A stretch of DNA of 58,594 nt from Actinomycetes bacterium (GCA_021784675.1 JAJYHR010000160.1:1-58594), one strand, 5' to 3'. Positions 1 through 10,033 are shown, numbered from the stretch's first letter. Notes: generated by a model from the sequence alone, not told the origin. Program-made: numbers and translations.

Positions 1-901
1 CGCCGATCAGGACCTCGCCGCCGCCCTCGAAGAGGGAGCGGGGCACCCCGTCGGCGTACCCCGCCGGAAAGGTGGCGACCATCCCGGCATCCGGATTCCG
101 CAGCCGGTGTCCGTAGGAGACCCCCTCTCCCGCTCCGACCGGGAGGACCTGCACCACCCGGGAGTGCAGGCTGAGCGCAGGCTGCAACGCGAGGGGTAGC
201 TCCCCCTCCCCCGGCGAGTAACCGTAGATGGAGATCCCCGGCCTTACCTGGTCAAACCGGGCCTCCGGGTAGAACAGCGCCCCCGCGGACGCGGAGAGGT
301 GGAAGCGCGCCTTCCCTACCCGCCCATCGGGGATGGCGAGCAGCCGGTCGCGGCACGCCGAGAAGCGCTCGATCTGCTCCTGGGTGGCCAGCCTTCCCTC
401 TTCGCCATCGGCGGCTCGGGAGAGGTGGGAGTAGACGCCGCTGATGGCAACGCCGCTGGCCAGGCTGGTTGCGGCCAGCCAGGCGGCCTCCGCGGCGGAG
501 AGGCCGAGCCGGTGCATCCCAGTGTCGCACTCGATCTCGATCTCAGTCCCCCCGGCCCTCCGAAAGGCGGCAAGCGCCGCCTCGCCGGCGATGGTCGGGG
601 TGATGCCCAGCCGGGCGCTCTCCCCGGCGAGTTCGGCGTCGAGGCCGCCAAAGGCCAGGATCGGAGCGGTGATGCCGGCCTCGCGGAGCTGGGCTCCTTC
701 CTCCAGCGTGGCCACGCAGATCCCATCCACCCTCGACTCGATGCGGCGGGCTACCTCGACCGCACCGTGCCCGTAGGCGTCTGCCTTCAGCACCGCCGCC
801 ACTCGCGCCGGAGCGGCCTGCGAGCGGAGCGCTTCGATGTTCCTCTCGATGGCGCCAAGATCGACCTCGATCCAGGTGGGACGGCTCCGTGACGAGATCA
901 A
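1..901 (-). CDS. alr: alanine racemase (partial; 3' end runs off the window)
   Basis: Not in the ORF track because there is no in-window stop. Manual minus-strand translation from 901 gives LISSRSRPTWIEVDLGAIERNIEALRSQ...AAVLKADAYGHGAVEVA...RPGISIYGYSPG, with the PLP-lysine motif. A candidate TTG start at 899-901 overlaps the nnr stop (TTGA). Confidence 0.9.
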   Translation of the reverse strand, partial: MISSRSRPTWIEVDLGAIERNIEALRSQAAPARVAAVLKADAYGHGAVEVARRIESRVDGICVATLEEGAQLREAGITAPILAFGGLDAELAGESARLGITPTIAGEAALAAFRRAGGTEIEIECDTGMHRLGLSAAEAAWLAATSLASGVAISGVYSHLSRAADGEEGRLATQEQIERFSACRDRLLAIPDGRVGKARFHLSASAGALFYPEARFDQVRPGISIYGYSPGEGELPLALQPALSLHSRVVQVLPVGAGEGVSYGHRLRNPDAGMVATFPAGYADGVPRSLFEGGGEVLIG

Positions 902-2316
902 CTCCCGATCTCCGCCCCCGGATGGCGCGGCACCGCAACCGCCGAGCCGACCAGGTTCGAGATCGCCGAGGCCAGATCGGCCACCCCGACCAGCCGAGAG
1001 CCGGAGCCGGCGCCGGCAATGCCATGGATCTCAGCCGCTACCCAGGCGGCCTCGAAGGCGCCCATCCCCTGCGCGAGCAGGCCGCCGGTGAGCCCGGCCA
1101 GGACGTCTCCGGTGCCCGCCATCGCCAGCCTGGCGCTCCCGCTGGCTGCGATCACCACCCGCCCGTCCGGGGAGGCGACGACCGTCGGGGAGCCCTTGAG
1201 CAGGATGACGCACCCGGTATCGGCGCTTGCCGCCAGCGCCGCCCCGATCGGGTCGGTCCCCGGATCGCCAAAAAGCTTCGAGAACTCTCCGCAGTGTGGG
1301 GTTATCACCGTGGCGGCGGAGCGGTTGCGGGTGATCTTGGCGAGCCGGTAGCCGTCACCAAATCCGGTAAGGCCATCGGCGTCCAGCACTACCGGTGCGC
1401 CGCTTCCGGCCACGATCCGGCGGACGAAGTTGACCGCCTGGAGCGACGTGCCGGCACCCGGCCCGACTACCAGAGCCTTGAAGCGCTGAGAGGCCTTCAC
1501 CACCGGCTCCGCGTAGAAGCTCTCGACCAGCTTGACCACTACCTCCGGGCGCTGCTCGAGCCCCGGGCTCTCGCCGGGCTCGAGGCGGGTGTAGAGGTGG
1601 ACCATCCCGGCTCCGGCGGCGTACGCCCCCATCGAGGAGAAGAGCGGCGCGCCCCGCATCCCGATCGATCCGCCGACCACCATCACCGTACTCGACCACT
1701 TGTGCGACTCCCGCGCCGGGACCGGCAAGCTGGCCAGCGCGCTTTCGGGATCCGCAAGCTGCCACCGCACCTCCTCCGGACAGAGGTCGGGAAGGACCCG
1801 GATCAAGCTCCCGCAGTACTCGGGTCCCTCGTTGATCAGGTGCCCGGGCTTCAGGGTTCCCACGGCCACTGTAACCGTTGCCCGGAGCGCCCCGCCGCCG
1901 GCTGCGCAAAGGCCGCTGTCCGCATCGAGGCCAGAGGGGATATCCACCGCCAGCACCGGAACCCCCTCCGGAAGCTCGGGGGGCTGGAAGGCTCTCGCGA
2001 GGCCGGTGCCGAAGAGGGCGTCGACCACCAGGTCGAAGCCGGGGCGCTGCGGAAGGCCAGCCAGCTCCGCCGGCGAAAACGTCTCCACCCGCACGCCACG
2101 CGCCGCGAGGTACCGGCCCGCCGCCGCGCCGTCGCGGCCGTTGTTTCCCGGCCCCTGGAGGATAGCTACCCGCTTGCCGTAGGCCCTGCCGAGGAGTCCT
2201 AGGGCGGCTCTCGCCACCGCGAAGCCGACTCGCTCGATGGTGGCGTCGACCAACCTCGCCTCGGCAAGGCCACGGTCAAACTCCTGAACCTCCCTCGCCG
2301 TTACGATCGGGTGCAC
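898..2316 (-). CDS. nnr: bifunctional NAD(P)H-hydrate repair enzyme (epimerase / ADP-dependent dehydratase)
   Basis: 472-aa ORF. A YjeF-N half (ILQGPGNNGRDG) is fused to a carbohydrate-kinase-like half (LAMAGTGDVLAG). Confidence 0.9.
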   Translation of the reverse strand: MHPIVTAREVQEFDRGLAEARLVDATIERVGFAVARAALGLLGRAYGKRVAILQGPGNNGRDGAAAGRYLAARGVRVETFSPAELAGLPQRPGFDLVVDALFGTGLARAFQPPELPEGVPVLAVDIPSGLDADSGLCAAGGGALRATVTVAVGTLKPGHLINEGPEYCGSLIRVLPDLCPEEVRWQLADPESALASLPVPARESHKWSSTVMVVGGSIGMRGAPLFSSMGAYAAGAGMVHLYTRLEPGESPGLEQRPEVVVKLVESFYAEPVVKASQRFKALVVGPGAGTSLQAVNFVRRIVAGSGAPVVLDADGLTGFGDGYRLAKITRNRSAATVITPHCGEFSKLFGDPGTDPIGAALAASADTGCVILLKGSPTVVASPDGRVVIAASGSARLAMAGTGDVLAGLTGGLLAQGMGAFEAAWVAAEIHGIAGAGSGSRLVGVADLASAISNLVGSAVAVPRHPGAEIGS

Positions 2317-2341
2317 CGCCTACCTCCTTCGGCCTCCCAGC

Positions 2342-2728
2342 CTACCCACGGGCAAGCTCGCGCGCTTGAGCCACGACCACCGCCACAGCGACGATCCTCG
2401 AGTGGGAGAGCGAGAGCGAATGCGACAACCACCCGCGCTCCCGGGCAAGCCCCGCTGCCCTCCCGGAGAGCTCCAGCCGGGGGGCGCCGCTCGCCTCCCT
2501 GGCAACGGAGATATCGTGGAAGCCAACGCTGCCAAGGCCAACCCCGAGCGCCTTCATCGCCGCCTCCTTGGCGGCAAAACGAGCAGCCAGGCTCGCCACC
2601 GAGCGCCCAGCCGCCTCCCGTTCGGCCTCGGTGAAGAGCCGCTCGCGCAGCGATGGGGTACGCCGGAGCGAGAGCCCGAAGCGGTCGATGTCGACGACGT
2701 CGACCCCGGTATCCACCCGCACCGTCAA
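2342..2728 (-). CDS. acpS: holo-[acyl-carrier-protein] synthase
   Basis: 128-aa ORF with GVDVVDIDRF...FTEAEREAAG...ARFAAKEAAMKALG. The TTG start at 2726-2728 overlaps the LysR stop (TTGA). GTG at 2720-2722 is an alternative start. Confidence 0.9.
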   Translation of the reverse strand: MTVRVDTGVDVVDIDRFGLSLRRTPSLRERLFTEAEREAAGRSVASLAARFAAKEAAMKALGVGLGSVGFHDISVAREASGAPRLELSGRAAGLARERGWLSHSLSLSHSRIVAVAVVVAQARELARG

Positions 2729-3654
2729 GGCACCGCAGGGCCGGCGGCCTCTGCCACTTCGATAAAGCGTCGCGCCGGCGTCGACAGGCTCTCCTTCGGA
2801 TTGCAGATGATCCTGAACCTCCTCGAGATTGGGGGAATCTCCCGGATCTCGACCGCGATCAGCTCCTTCGCCGCGAGCTCGCGCGAGACCGCCAGCGAGG
2901 AGAGGAAGCCGCCGCCGACACCCTGCATGATCGCTTCCTTCACCGCCTCGCCACCCGCCAGCTCGATTGCCAGCCTCGGCGCCAGCTTCCCCCGCTCAAG
3001 CGCCTCCTCGCTGGTTCGCCGGACACCCGATCCTGCCTCCCTCAGCACCAGAGGGAGCCGGGAGACCTCACCCCACCCCAGGACCTGGTGAGGGAGGGCG
3101 CCAAGAAGCTCGGGGCGAACCACATACAGCAGCTCGTCACCTCCCACCCCGATCTCCACCAGGTCGTTGATCAGGTTCTCCGAGGGAGACTCGATGACGC
3201 CGACCTCGATCTCGCCGCTCCGGACCAGATCGGCAACCTCGGAGGAGTTGAGCGAGCGCGTCTTCAGCTCGACGCCCGGATAGCGCTGCCGGTACCGGAC
3301 CAGCCACCGCGGGAGCACGTAGGCGGAGACCGTGTTGGAGGCGGCAAGCAGCAGGATGCCGTCATTACCTTTTGAAACCGACTCTACGTAATCGAGGACT
3401 CCGCGATAGGCCCTGAGGATCTCCCGAGAGCGCCGTGCCAGGTCCTGCCCGGCGATGGAAAGGTCGACGCCGTGGCCGCTGCGGGAGTGAAGCCGCTGCC
3501 CTACCGCCTCGGAGAGGTGCTTGAGTTGCTGAGATACCCCTGGCTGCGAGATCGCGAGTTCGCGAGCGGCGTCGGAAAGGTTACGTGTCTCCGCCACCAC
3601 CGCGAGGGTGATCAGATAGTTGGGATCGATCTTGCGCTGTTCCGGTGTAATCAT
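2725..3654 (-). CDS. LysR-family transcriptional regulator
   Basis: 309-aa ORF. N-terminal wHTH (LSDAARELAISQPGVSQQLKHLSEAVG) followed by a LysR-type substrate-binding region. It is divergent from the transporter gene. Confidence 0.9.
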   Translation of the reverse strand: MITPEQRKIDPNYLITLAVVAETRNLSDAARELAISQPGVSQQLKHLSEAVGQRLHSRSGHGVDLSIAGQDLARRSREILRAYRGVLDYVESVSKGNDGILLLAASNTVSAYVLPRWLVRYRQRYPGVELKTRSLNSSEVADLVRSGEIEVGVIESPSENLINDLVEIGVGGDELLYVVRPELLGALPHQVLGWGEVSRLPLVLREAGSGVRRTSEEALERGKLAPRLAIELAGGEAVKEAIMQGVGGGFLSSLAVSRELAAKELIAVEIREIPPISRRFRIICNPKESLSTPARRFIEVAEAAGPAVP

Positions 3655-3682
3655 AACGCGTCTTATTGTACTTCAAAGTTTT

Positions 3683-3699
3683 ATTACTATTGACATAAT
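3683..3699. promoter_or_regulatory. ATTA-N9-TAAT dyad (T-N11-A LysR-type box) overlapping a TTGACA hexamer (3690-3695)
   Basis: Read directly: ATTACTATTGACATAAT in the strongly AT-rich 103-nt divergent intergenic region 3655-3757. Confidence 0.35.
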
Positions 3700-3763
3700 C
3701 CGAAACTCTCTAGCCAATAATAGATAACAACTAACGTACGCGCAACTCGAGGAGGTTATGGGA

Positions 3764-4867
3764 ATGGCGTATCGAGAGCTTCGAAACCCGCAAGCGACAC
3801 GCCGGCTGCCATCTTTTGGTTTTGAGTACTTTGCAGTGGTGATGGGGACCGGCATCGTGGCGGTCCTGCTCCCGGATCTCTCGGCATCACTGGTGCCGGT
3901 GGCGAAGGTCCTGTGGATCTTCACCGCATCCACCCTTGCCGCCCTGTTCGTCGGCGGCGGGATCTGGTTCGCGGCCCGGCCCGAGCGGCTCTCCGCCATC
4001 CTCGACAACAAGGCCCGGCTGATGTTCATCGGCTGCGTGCCGATGGCGATCTCCTCGACCGCCAACGGGGTTGTGCATCTCGAGCCCACCCTCTTCGGAA
4101 CCTCAACAAGCGAGGTAATGATGTGGGTTCTTATAACCAACATCATGATATCGATCGGTAGCGGGATCTACGCCCCCTACCGCCTCTTCGCCCACCACAT
4201 CGCCACCCTGGAGGAGCTCGACCCCACCTGGCTCCTCCCCATCGTCCCTGCTGAGGTCGCCTCCTTCCAGGTGGCCGTGCTCGCCCCCCACCTTCCCCAC
4301 GGGGTGGCCGTCAACCTGATCTGGGCCGGCTACTTCCTGTGGGCGATGTCGGTCCCGCTCGCCCTCTCCCTGATCGCGGTGATCCTCCTCCGCCTGAGCG
4401 TCCATCGCCTCTTCGCCCCCCACCTCGCCACCTCCACCTGGCTGATTCTCGGACCCCTTGGGACCGGCGCCGCCTCGATCCTGGCGCTCGGGGTCGACCT
4501 CCACAAGCTCGACCCGTCTGCTACCACCTCCGCGCTGATCGGGGCGGGCCTGGTCGGCGCCATCACCCTCTTCGCCTACGGGCTCTGGTGGCTGGCGGTG
4601 GCCGGTATCCTCTCGATCAACTACCTGCGGCGCGGCGAGTACCCCTTCACCATGGGCTGGTGGGGCTTCACCTTCCCCCTTGGCGTGCTCTCGAGCGCCT
4701 CCTGGGAGCTCGCCACCACCACCGGCGCAGGATTCGTTGCCATCATTGCCCACGCGCTCACCCTGCTGCTGGTCGGGCTTTGGGCGGTGGTGGCCAGCAC
4801 CACCCTCCTTGCCCTCCGGCCGCACCTCTCCCGGGCGCGGGACCTGGAGCCGAGCCTCGCCGACTAG
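3764..4867 (+). CDS. TDT-family (TehA/Mae1/SLAC1-like) anion / C4-dicarboxylate transporter
   Basis: ORF 3758-4867 is a hydrophobic multi-TM protein (FEYFAVVMGTGIVAVLL..., WWGFTFPLGVL). GGAGG at 3751-3755 is 8 nt from ATG 3764 but only 2 nt from ATG 3758, so 3764 is preferred. Confidence 0.8.
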   Translation: MAYRELRNPQATRRLPSFGFEYFAVVMGTGIVAVLLPDLSASLVPVAKVLWIFTASTLAALFVGGGIWFAARPERLSAILDNKARLMFIGCVPMAISSTANGVVHLEPTLFGTSTSEVMMWVLITNIMISIGSGIYAPYRLFAHHIATLEELDPTWLLPIVPAEVASFQVAVLAPHLPHGVAVNLIWAGYFLWAMSVPLALSLIAVILLRLSVHRLFAPHLATSTWLILGPLGTGAASILALGVDLHKLDPSATTSALIGAGLVGAITLFAYGLWWLAVAGILSINYLRRGEYPFTMGWWGFTFPLGVLSSASWELATTTGAGFVAIIAHALTLLLVGLWAVVASTTLLALRPHLSRARDLEPSLAD

Positions 4868-4882
4868 GGGAGGCTCGCGGTG

Positions 4883-4932
4883 GCCAGCCCTAATGAGAGA
4901 CTGGAAGCTCCGTCTCCTATGGGGCTGGCTTT
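4883..4932 (+). terminator. candidate stem-loop terminator after the transporter gene
   Basis: GCCAGCCC (4883-4890) pairs with GGGCTGGC (4922-4929). There is an inner GAGAC/GTCTC stem, and the outer stem is followed by TTT. Confidence 0.35.
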
Positions 4933-4994
4933 CCACCGAGCCGCTGGCTGGTGAGCGCTCGTCGAACCCGGACCTCGAGCCCTAGGCTGTCGCC

Positions 4995-5975
4995 ATGCCC
5001 AACGATACCCTGCGGATAGGACTGCTCGGCACCGAGCTTGCCCCGCTCCAAGCCGGCGCCGGCGGCCTGGAGAACCTGGTAGTTGGCTGGGGCCGCGAGC
5101 TTGCCAAGGTCCACCGCGTGCGGCTGCTCTCCTTTGCCGCCGCCTCCGACCCCTTCGTGGAGACGCGGACCGTCACCCTCGCCTCCCTGCGGCGGGAGAC
5201 CGCCGACCTCGACGTCGTGGTGACCAACAACCGTCTCGGCCCGGCCGCGCTGATGGCGGCGCCGGCGGTTACCGTCTTCCACAACACCAGCGACGCCTGG
5301 GACACCACGACGCCTCCCCTGAAGGCCAGCCCGGTGCTCGCCGCGGTGTCGCGCTTCCTCGCCGGCCACGCCAGCCGGACTCTCGGGCTTCCGGTCGGCA
5401 GCGTGCAGCCCTTCATCGATCCCGCCTTCCTCGAGCCCGGGACGGAGCAGCGCGGCGAGCACCTGCTCTTCCCCAACCGCACCCTGCGGAAAAAGGGGGT
5501 GCCCGAACTCCTGGCGGCGCTCGACATCGCCACCTCCGTCACCGTCAGCTTCGTCGCCAACATCTCTCCCTGGACCGTGCCGACCGAGGAGCATACCCAG
5601 CTGCTCACCGCCATCGAAGCGCATCCGAGAGCCCGGCTGATCCCCCGCTTCGAACGGCCGGCGGCGCTCGCCGCGGCCATGCGGAGCGCGCGGGCGGTGC
5701 TCGCTCCCTCGGTGGTCGAAGAGGGATTTGGCCTGGTTCCCACGGAGTCCCTCGCCACCGGCACCCCCACCCTGGTCAGCTCGCGGGGCGGCTTGGCCGA
5801 GCTGCTCCCGCTGGGAGCGGTCGAGGTGGATCCCAAGAGCCCGGAGAGCCTGGCCCGCGCCATGATCGACCCGGCACCGCCGCCGCCGGGAACGCCCAGA
5901 GCCATCGCCGCCGGATTCTCCAGGAGCGCGTCGGCGGCGGCTCTCGAGCACCTGCTTCGCCAGGCCGCCCGCTAG
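4995..5975 (+). CDS. glycosyltransferase, GT-B fold, family 4 (RfaG-like)
   Basis: 326-aa ORF. C-terminal signature EEGFGLVPTESLATGTPTLVSSRGGLAEL, typical of GT4 enzymes. Confidence 0.8.
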   Translation: MPNDTLRIGLLGTELAPLQAGAGGLENLVVGWGRELAKVHRVRLLSFAAASDPFVETRTVTLASLRRETADLDVVVTNNRLGPAALMAAPAVTVFHNTSDAWDTTTPPLKASPVLAAVSRFLAGHASRTLGLPVGSVQPFIDPAFLEPGTEQRGEHLLFPNRTLRKKGVPELLAALDIATSVTVSFVANISPWTVPTEEHTQLLTAIEAHPRARLIPRFERPAALAAAMRSARAVLAPSVVEEGFGLVPTESLATGTPTLVSSRGGLAELLPLGAVEVDPKSPESLARAMIDPAPPPPGTPRAIAAGFSRSASAAALEHLLRQAAR

Positions 5976-5983
5976 CGGCGACC

Positions 5984-7813
5984 CTACTCTACAGTGACGG
6001 TCTTCGCCAGGTTCCGCGGCCGGTCGAGGTTGAGGCCCCGCGACCGCGCTATCGCTCCCGCCATCACCTGAAGCGGGATCACCGTCACCAGCGGGGACCA
6101 GATCGGCCGGACCTCGGGGACGAACAGGGCGGTCTCGGCGAGCGTTGCCGCCTCCGGATCCCCGTCAAAGGCGACCACGATCACCCGGGCACCCCTCGCC
6201 CGAACCTCCTCGATGTTGGCCAGCACCTTCTCACGCAACCGGTCCCTGGGGACCAGCGCCACCACCACCGCCTCCGAGTCGAGCATGGCAATCGGGCCGT
6301 GCTTCAGCTCTCCGGCAGGGTAGGCCTCGGCAGCCAGGTAGGAGAGCTCCTTGAGCTTGAGCGCGCCCTCCAGGGCCACCGGGTACTGCAGGTTCCTCCC
6401 GATAAAGAAGAAACGGTCAGACCCGACGAATGGGGCCAGGCTCTCCTCATACCCCGCCTGCCTCGCCAGGGCCGCCTCGATAGCGGACGCGACGTCCCGC
6501 AACGAGCTCCGCGCCTCGCGAGCCTCCTCCGGGTACATGTGGCCCTTGAGCTCCCCAAGGTAGATGGCAAAGAGGGCCAGCGCTCCCACCTGGGAGACGT
6601 GGGTTTTAGTCGAGGCGACCGAGACCTCGGGGCCGGCGCGGGTGTAGAGGACGGCGTCTGCTAGCCGGCTCAGCTGCGATCCGATCACGTTGGTGACCGC
6701 CAGGGTCTTGGCTCCGGCCGCCGCCGCCCCCTTGACCGCGGTGATGGTGTCGAGCGACTCCCCCGACTGGGATACCCCAACCACCAGGTGGTCGTCGTCG
6801 AGAATCGGGTCCCGGTACCGGTACTCGGAGGCCACATCGACCTCGACCGGGATCTTGGCAAAGTGCTCGATCAGGAACCTGCCGACCAGCCCGGCGTGGT
6901 AGCTGGTCCCGCAGCCGACGACGGTGACCTTTCGGAGCCGCTTGAGCTCGTACGGATCGACCTTGAGCTCGTCGACCACCGCTCCCCCGTCCTCATCGAT
7001 CAGCGAGCTGACGGTGTCGGAGAAGGCCTCCCCCTCCTGGGCCAGCTCCATCTCGTAGAAGCTCTGGTAGCCGACAAGCTCCACGTCCTGCGAGGCCCAG
7101 TCAATCGCCAGCGGGACCAGGACGGAGGTGCCCGCCGCCCCCTTTGCCGGCTCGCCGATGGCGATCACCCGATCCTCCGGCATCTCGTAAAACGAAGTGG
7201 CGACGTCGAGGACCGCCGGAGCGTCGGAGGCGAAAAAGGAGCGCCCGTCGCCCGCGGCCACCAGCAGCGGAGAGGTTCTCCTGATTCCGAAGATGGTCAG
7301 CGGGAGCTGGGCAAAGGCAACCACCAGCGCCATATGCCCCAGAAGGCGCGAGAAGACTGAGGCGACCGCCTCCGCCGGCTCCATCCCCGCCGCCAGCCCA
7401 TCCTCGATCAGGTGCGCGATCACCTCGGAGTCGGTCTCCGACTTGAGCTCGTGCCCGAGCGCCAGGACCTCCCCCCTCAACTCGCGGAAGTTGTCGACGA
7501 TCCCGTTGTGGACCAGGACCACCCGGCCGGTGCAGTCGGTGTGGGGGTGGGCGTTCCCCAACGTTGGAGCGCCGTGGGTGGCCCACCGGGTGTGCCCGAC
7601 TACCAGGTTGGCTCCCGGCGCGAGCCGCGAGAGCCGGCCCTTGAGCTCGTCGAGTGAGTGGCGGCCGGTGGCTGCCCGGATCACCTCTACGCCCTCCGCG
7701 CCAACCAGCGCCATCCCGGCCGAGTCGTATCCGCGGTACTCGAGCCGCTTCAGGCCGTCAAAGACCTCCGCCGCCTGGATCGAGGGCCCCACGCCACCGA
7801 CGATGCCACACAT
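5984..7813 (-). CDS. glmS: glutamine--fructose-6-phosphate aminotransferase
   Basis: 609-aa ORF starting MCGIVGG (Ntn Cys). GATase-2 domain plus two SIS domains, ending ...NLAKTVTVE. Confidence 0.97.
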   Translation of the reverse strand: MCGIVGGVGPSIQAAEVFDGLKRLEYRGYDSAGMALVGAEGVEVIRAATGRHSLDELKGRLSRLAPGANLVVGHTRWATHGAPTLGNAHPHTDCTGRVVLVHNGIVDNFRELRGEVLALGHELKSETDSEVIAHLIEDGLAAGMEPAEAVASVFSRLLGHMALVVAFAQLPLTIFGIRRTSPLLVAAGDGRSFFASDAPAVLDVATSFYEMPEDRVIAIGEPAKGAAGTSVLVPLAIDWASQDVELVGYQSFYEMELAQEGEAFSDTVSSLIDEDGGAVVDELKVDPYELKRLRKVTVVGCGTSYHAGLVGRFLIEHFAKIPVEVDVASEYRYRDPILDDDHLVVGVSQSGESLDTITAVKGAAAAGAKTLAVTNVIGSQLSRLADAVLYTRAGPEVSVASTKTHVSQVGALALFAIYLGELKGHMYPEEAREARSSLRDVASAIEAALARQAGYEESLAPFVGSDRFFFIGRNLQYPVALEGALKLKELSYLAAEAYPAGELKHGPIAMLDSEAVVVALVPRDRLREKVLANIEEVRARGARVIVVAFDGDPEAATLAETALFVPEVRPIWSPLVTVIPLQVMAGAIARSRGLNLDRPRNLAKTVTVE

Positions 7814-7830
7814 CCGACCTCCCTTTAGGG

Positions 7831-9159
7831 CTAGATCCGGCCGGCCGCCTTCAGAACGGCGCCGACCAAACGGTCGGCCGCGGTCTCGGCCTCCGCAACT
7901 GACCGCGCCTCGACCATAATCCTAACCAAGGGCTCGGTGCCACTCGCCCGGAGCACCACCCGCCCCTGGTCGCCCAGCTGCGCCTCAACCTCCTCTACCA
8001 ACCCTGAGACCTCCGGCGCGGCGGCAACCGTCGCGCAACTCGCCGTGGGGACCTGCCGGTGGATCTGCGGGTACTTCGGCCCCAGCCGATCGAGGAGGGC
8101 GTCAAAGTTCCCTTTGCCGCCGGCGATGATGTGCAGGAGCAGCAGCGCCGTGAGCAGGCCGTCCCCGGTGGGGCTGAGGCTGGGAACGATGATATGGCCG
8201 CTCTGCTCTCCACCCAGTCCGAAACCGGTCTCCTCAAGACCGATGGCGACCTGGCGGTCGCCGACCCGCGTGCGCACCACCTCGAAACCGTGGCTAACCA
8301 TCGCCTTCTCCAACCCCAGGTTGGACATCACCGTAACCACTATCCCCGGACCTGCAAGACCTCCCCGCCGATGCAGATCGAGGGCGAGAAGCGCCATGAT
8401 GTCGTCCCCGTCGACCACTCTCCCGCTGGGAGAAACCGCGATCAGCCGGTCGGCGTCGCCGTCGAAGGCAAGGCCGACATCGGCTCCGCTCGCAACCACC
8501 GCCTCCACCAGCCGCTCCGGGTGGAGCGCGCCGACGCCGTCGTTGATGTTGTGCCCGTCCGGACCGTTGCCGATAGCAAGAGCCACCTCGGCGCCGAGCG
8601 ACTCGATGAGACCATCGGCAAGGCCGGCCGCAGCCCCATTGGCCGCATCGTAGGCCACCAGAAGGGTTCGCTCGAGTGGCCCGCGCAGCGAGAGCAGCCA
8701 CGCGACGTACTCGCCGCTGAAGTCGCGCGGCTCGTAACCGCCAAGCTTCCCGTAGCGCTTCCCCCGGCCGGAGACGAGAGCGTTGAGAGTCCCCTCGATC
8801 TTCCGCTCCATCCGCTCGGAAAGCTTCCCGCCGGACGCCGTAAAGACCTTGATCCCGTTGTCGTAGTAGGGGTTGTGAGAGGCCGAGACGACCACCGTGG
8901 GAGCTTCCACTTTGCGGGCTACCCAGCTGAGGGCTCCGGTGGGCATGATCCCACAGTCGATCACATCGACGCCCGACGCCGCAAGCCCCAAGCCCACCGC
9001 CTGCGCCAGCCAGAAGCCGGACTCCCGGGTATCGCGGCCGATCGCGACCCGGTCACACTCCATCTCCTCCGCGACGGCGACGCCAAACCAGTAGCCCACA
9101 TCCATGGTGAGCTCCTGGTTGGCCCGCCCGCGGATGCCGTCGGTTCCGAAGCGGAGCAT
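7831..9159 (-). CDS. glmM: phosphoglucosamine mutase
   Basis: 442-aa ORF with phosphoserine loop VVSASHNPYYDNGIK. Its ATG abuts the rpsI stop (TAAATG). Confidence 0.95.
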   Translation of the reverse strand: MLRFGTDGIRGRANQELTMDVGYWFGVAVAEEMECDRVAIGRDTRESGFWLAQAVGLGLAASGVDVIDCGIMPTGALSWVARKVEAPTVVVSASHNPYYDNGIKVFTASGGKLSERMERKIEGTLNALVSGRGKRYGKLGGYEPRDFSGEYVAWLLSLRGPLERTLLVAYDAANGAAAGLADGLIESLGAEVALAIGNGPDGHNINDGVGALHPERLVEAVVASGADVGLAFDGDADRLIAVSPSGRVVDGDDIMALLALDLHRRGGLAGPGIVVTVMSNLGLEKAMVSHGFEVVRTRVGDRQVAIGLEETGFGLGGEQSGHIIVPSLSPTGDGLLTALLLLHIIAGGKGNFDALLDRLGPKYPQIHRQVPTASCATVAAAPEVSGLVEEVEAQLGDQGRVVLRASGTEPLVRIMVEARSVAEAETAADRLVGAVLKAAGRI

Positions 9160-9552
9160 TTACCGCTTCGAGTACTGCGGAGCCTTGCGAGCCTTCTTCA
9201 ATCCGTACTTCTTGGACTCTTTCTCGCGAGCATCACGGGTGAGCATGCCTGCCTGCTTCAGGAGCGGACGCAGCTCCGGCTGCAGCTCGATGAGGGCGCG
9301 AGCAAGCGCCATCCGGAGCGCGCCGGCCTGCCCGCTCGTGCCTCCGCCATCGATGTTGGCGTAGACGTCGTAAGCCTGCTCGACATCGGCGGTCCGAAGC
9401 GGCTCGGTAGCGAAAGCCCTCAGCGACATGGAGGGCACGTACTTGGCAAGCTCGCAGCCGTTGACGACCACGGTACCACTGCCTGGAACGAGCCGGACTC
9501 GCGCTACCGCGCGCTTGCGCCTCCCCGTGGACTGCTTCAAAGATACTGCCAT
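9160..9552 (-). CDS. rpsI: 30S ribosomal protein S9
   Basis: Track ORF 9160-9660 is over-extended at the N-terminus. ATG 9550-9552 gives [21 protein letters not shown]..., ending ...[12 protein letters not shown]. Confidence 0.95.
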   Translation of the reverse strand: MAVSLKQSTGRRKRAVARVRLVPGSGTVVVNGCELAKYVPSMSLRAFATEPLRTADVEQAYDVYANIDGGGTSGQAGALRMALARALIELQPELRPLLKQAGMLTRDAREKESKKYGLKKARKAPQYSKR

Positions 9553-9571
9553 CAATTCTCCCTCGATCGAG

Positions 9572-10033
9572 TTAACTGGCGCTACCGGACCCGGTCCGCT
9601 TGCTGCGGATGTCGAGCGGTTTGGGCATCTGTGCCTCGTGCGGATGCTCGGGGCCTGCATAGACCTTCAGCTTTCGGTACATCTGCCTGCCAAGCCTGCC
9701 CTTTGGCAGCATCCCCTTGATGGCAAGCTCGACCACCCGCTCCGGGCGCCGCTCCATGATATCGCGGAAGCCTATCTGCCTGAGCCCCCCCGGATAGCCG
9801 GAGTGGCGGTAGTAGACCTTCGAGTCCGCCTTCGAGGCCGAAAGCACGGCCCTCGCCGCGTTCACCACGATCACGTGGTCGCCGCAGTCGAGGTTCGGCG
9901 TAAAGATGGGCTTGTGCTTGCCGCGCAGGATCCGGGCTACCTCGGTGGCAACCCGCCCGACGACCAGATCGGCGGCGTCGACGACGAACCACTCCCTCGC
10001 CAGATCCGCCCCTTTGGGTACATACGTCTTCAT
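9572..10033 (-). CDS. rplM: 50S ribosomal protein L13
   Basis: 153-aa [45 protein letters not shown]... Confidence 0.96.
   Translation of the reverse strand: MKTYVPKGADLAREWFVVDAADLVVGRVATEVARILRGKHKPIFTPNLDCGDHVIVVNAARAVLSASKADSKVYYRHSGYPGGLRQIGFRDIMERRPERVVELAIKGMLPKGRLGRQMYRKLKVYAGPEHPHEAQMPKPLDIRSKRTGSGSAS

Noticed and set aside
4095-4155. An AT-rich patch with the inverted repeat ATGATGT...ACATCAT inside the TDT transporter gene
   Set aside because: It encodes an uninterrupted hydrophobic segment (SEVMMWVLITNIMISIGSG) in frame. The AT-richness is explained by Ile/Met/Asn codons, and there is no sign of an insertion or frameshift.
7814-7830. Looked for a glmS ribozyme or leader upstream of glmS
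   Set aside because: Only 17 nt separate glmM from glmS, so there is no room for the ribozyme. Its absence is expected outside the lineages, mainly Firmicutes, that carry it.
8059-9720. A 553-aa plus-strand ORF antisense to glmM/rpsI. Similar long antisense ORFs occur at 21857-23446, 28260-29258, 36646-37707, 47127-48575, 49576-51456 and 53070-54122.
   Set aside because: The same explanation applies. They run antisense to strongly supported conserved genes, have Arg/Pro/Gly/His-rich composition and cross gene boundaries. None shows recognisable domains.
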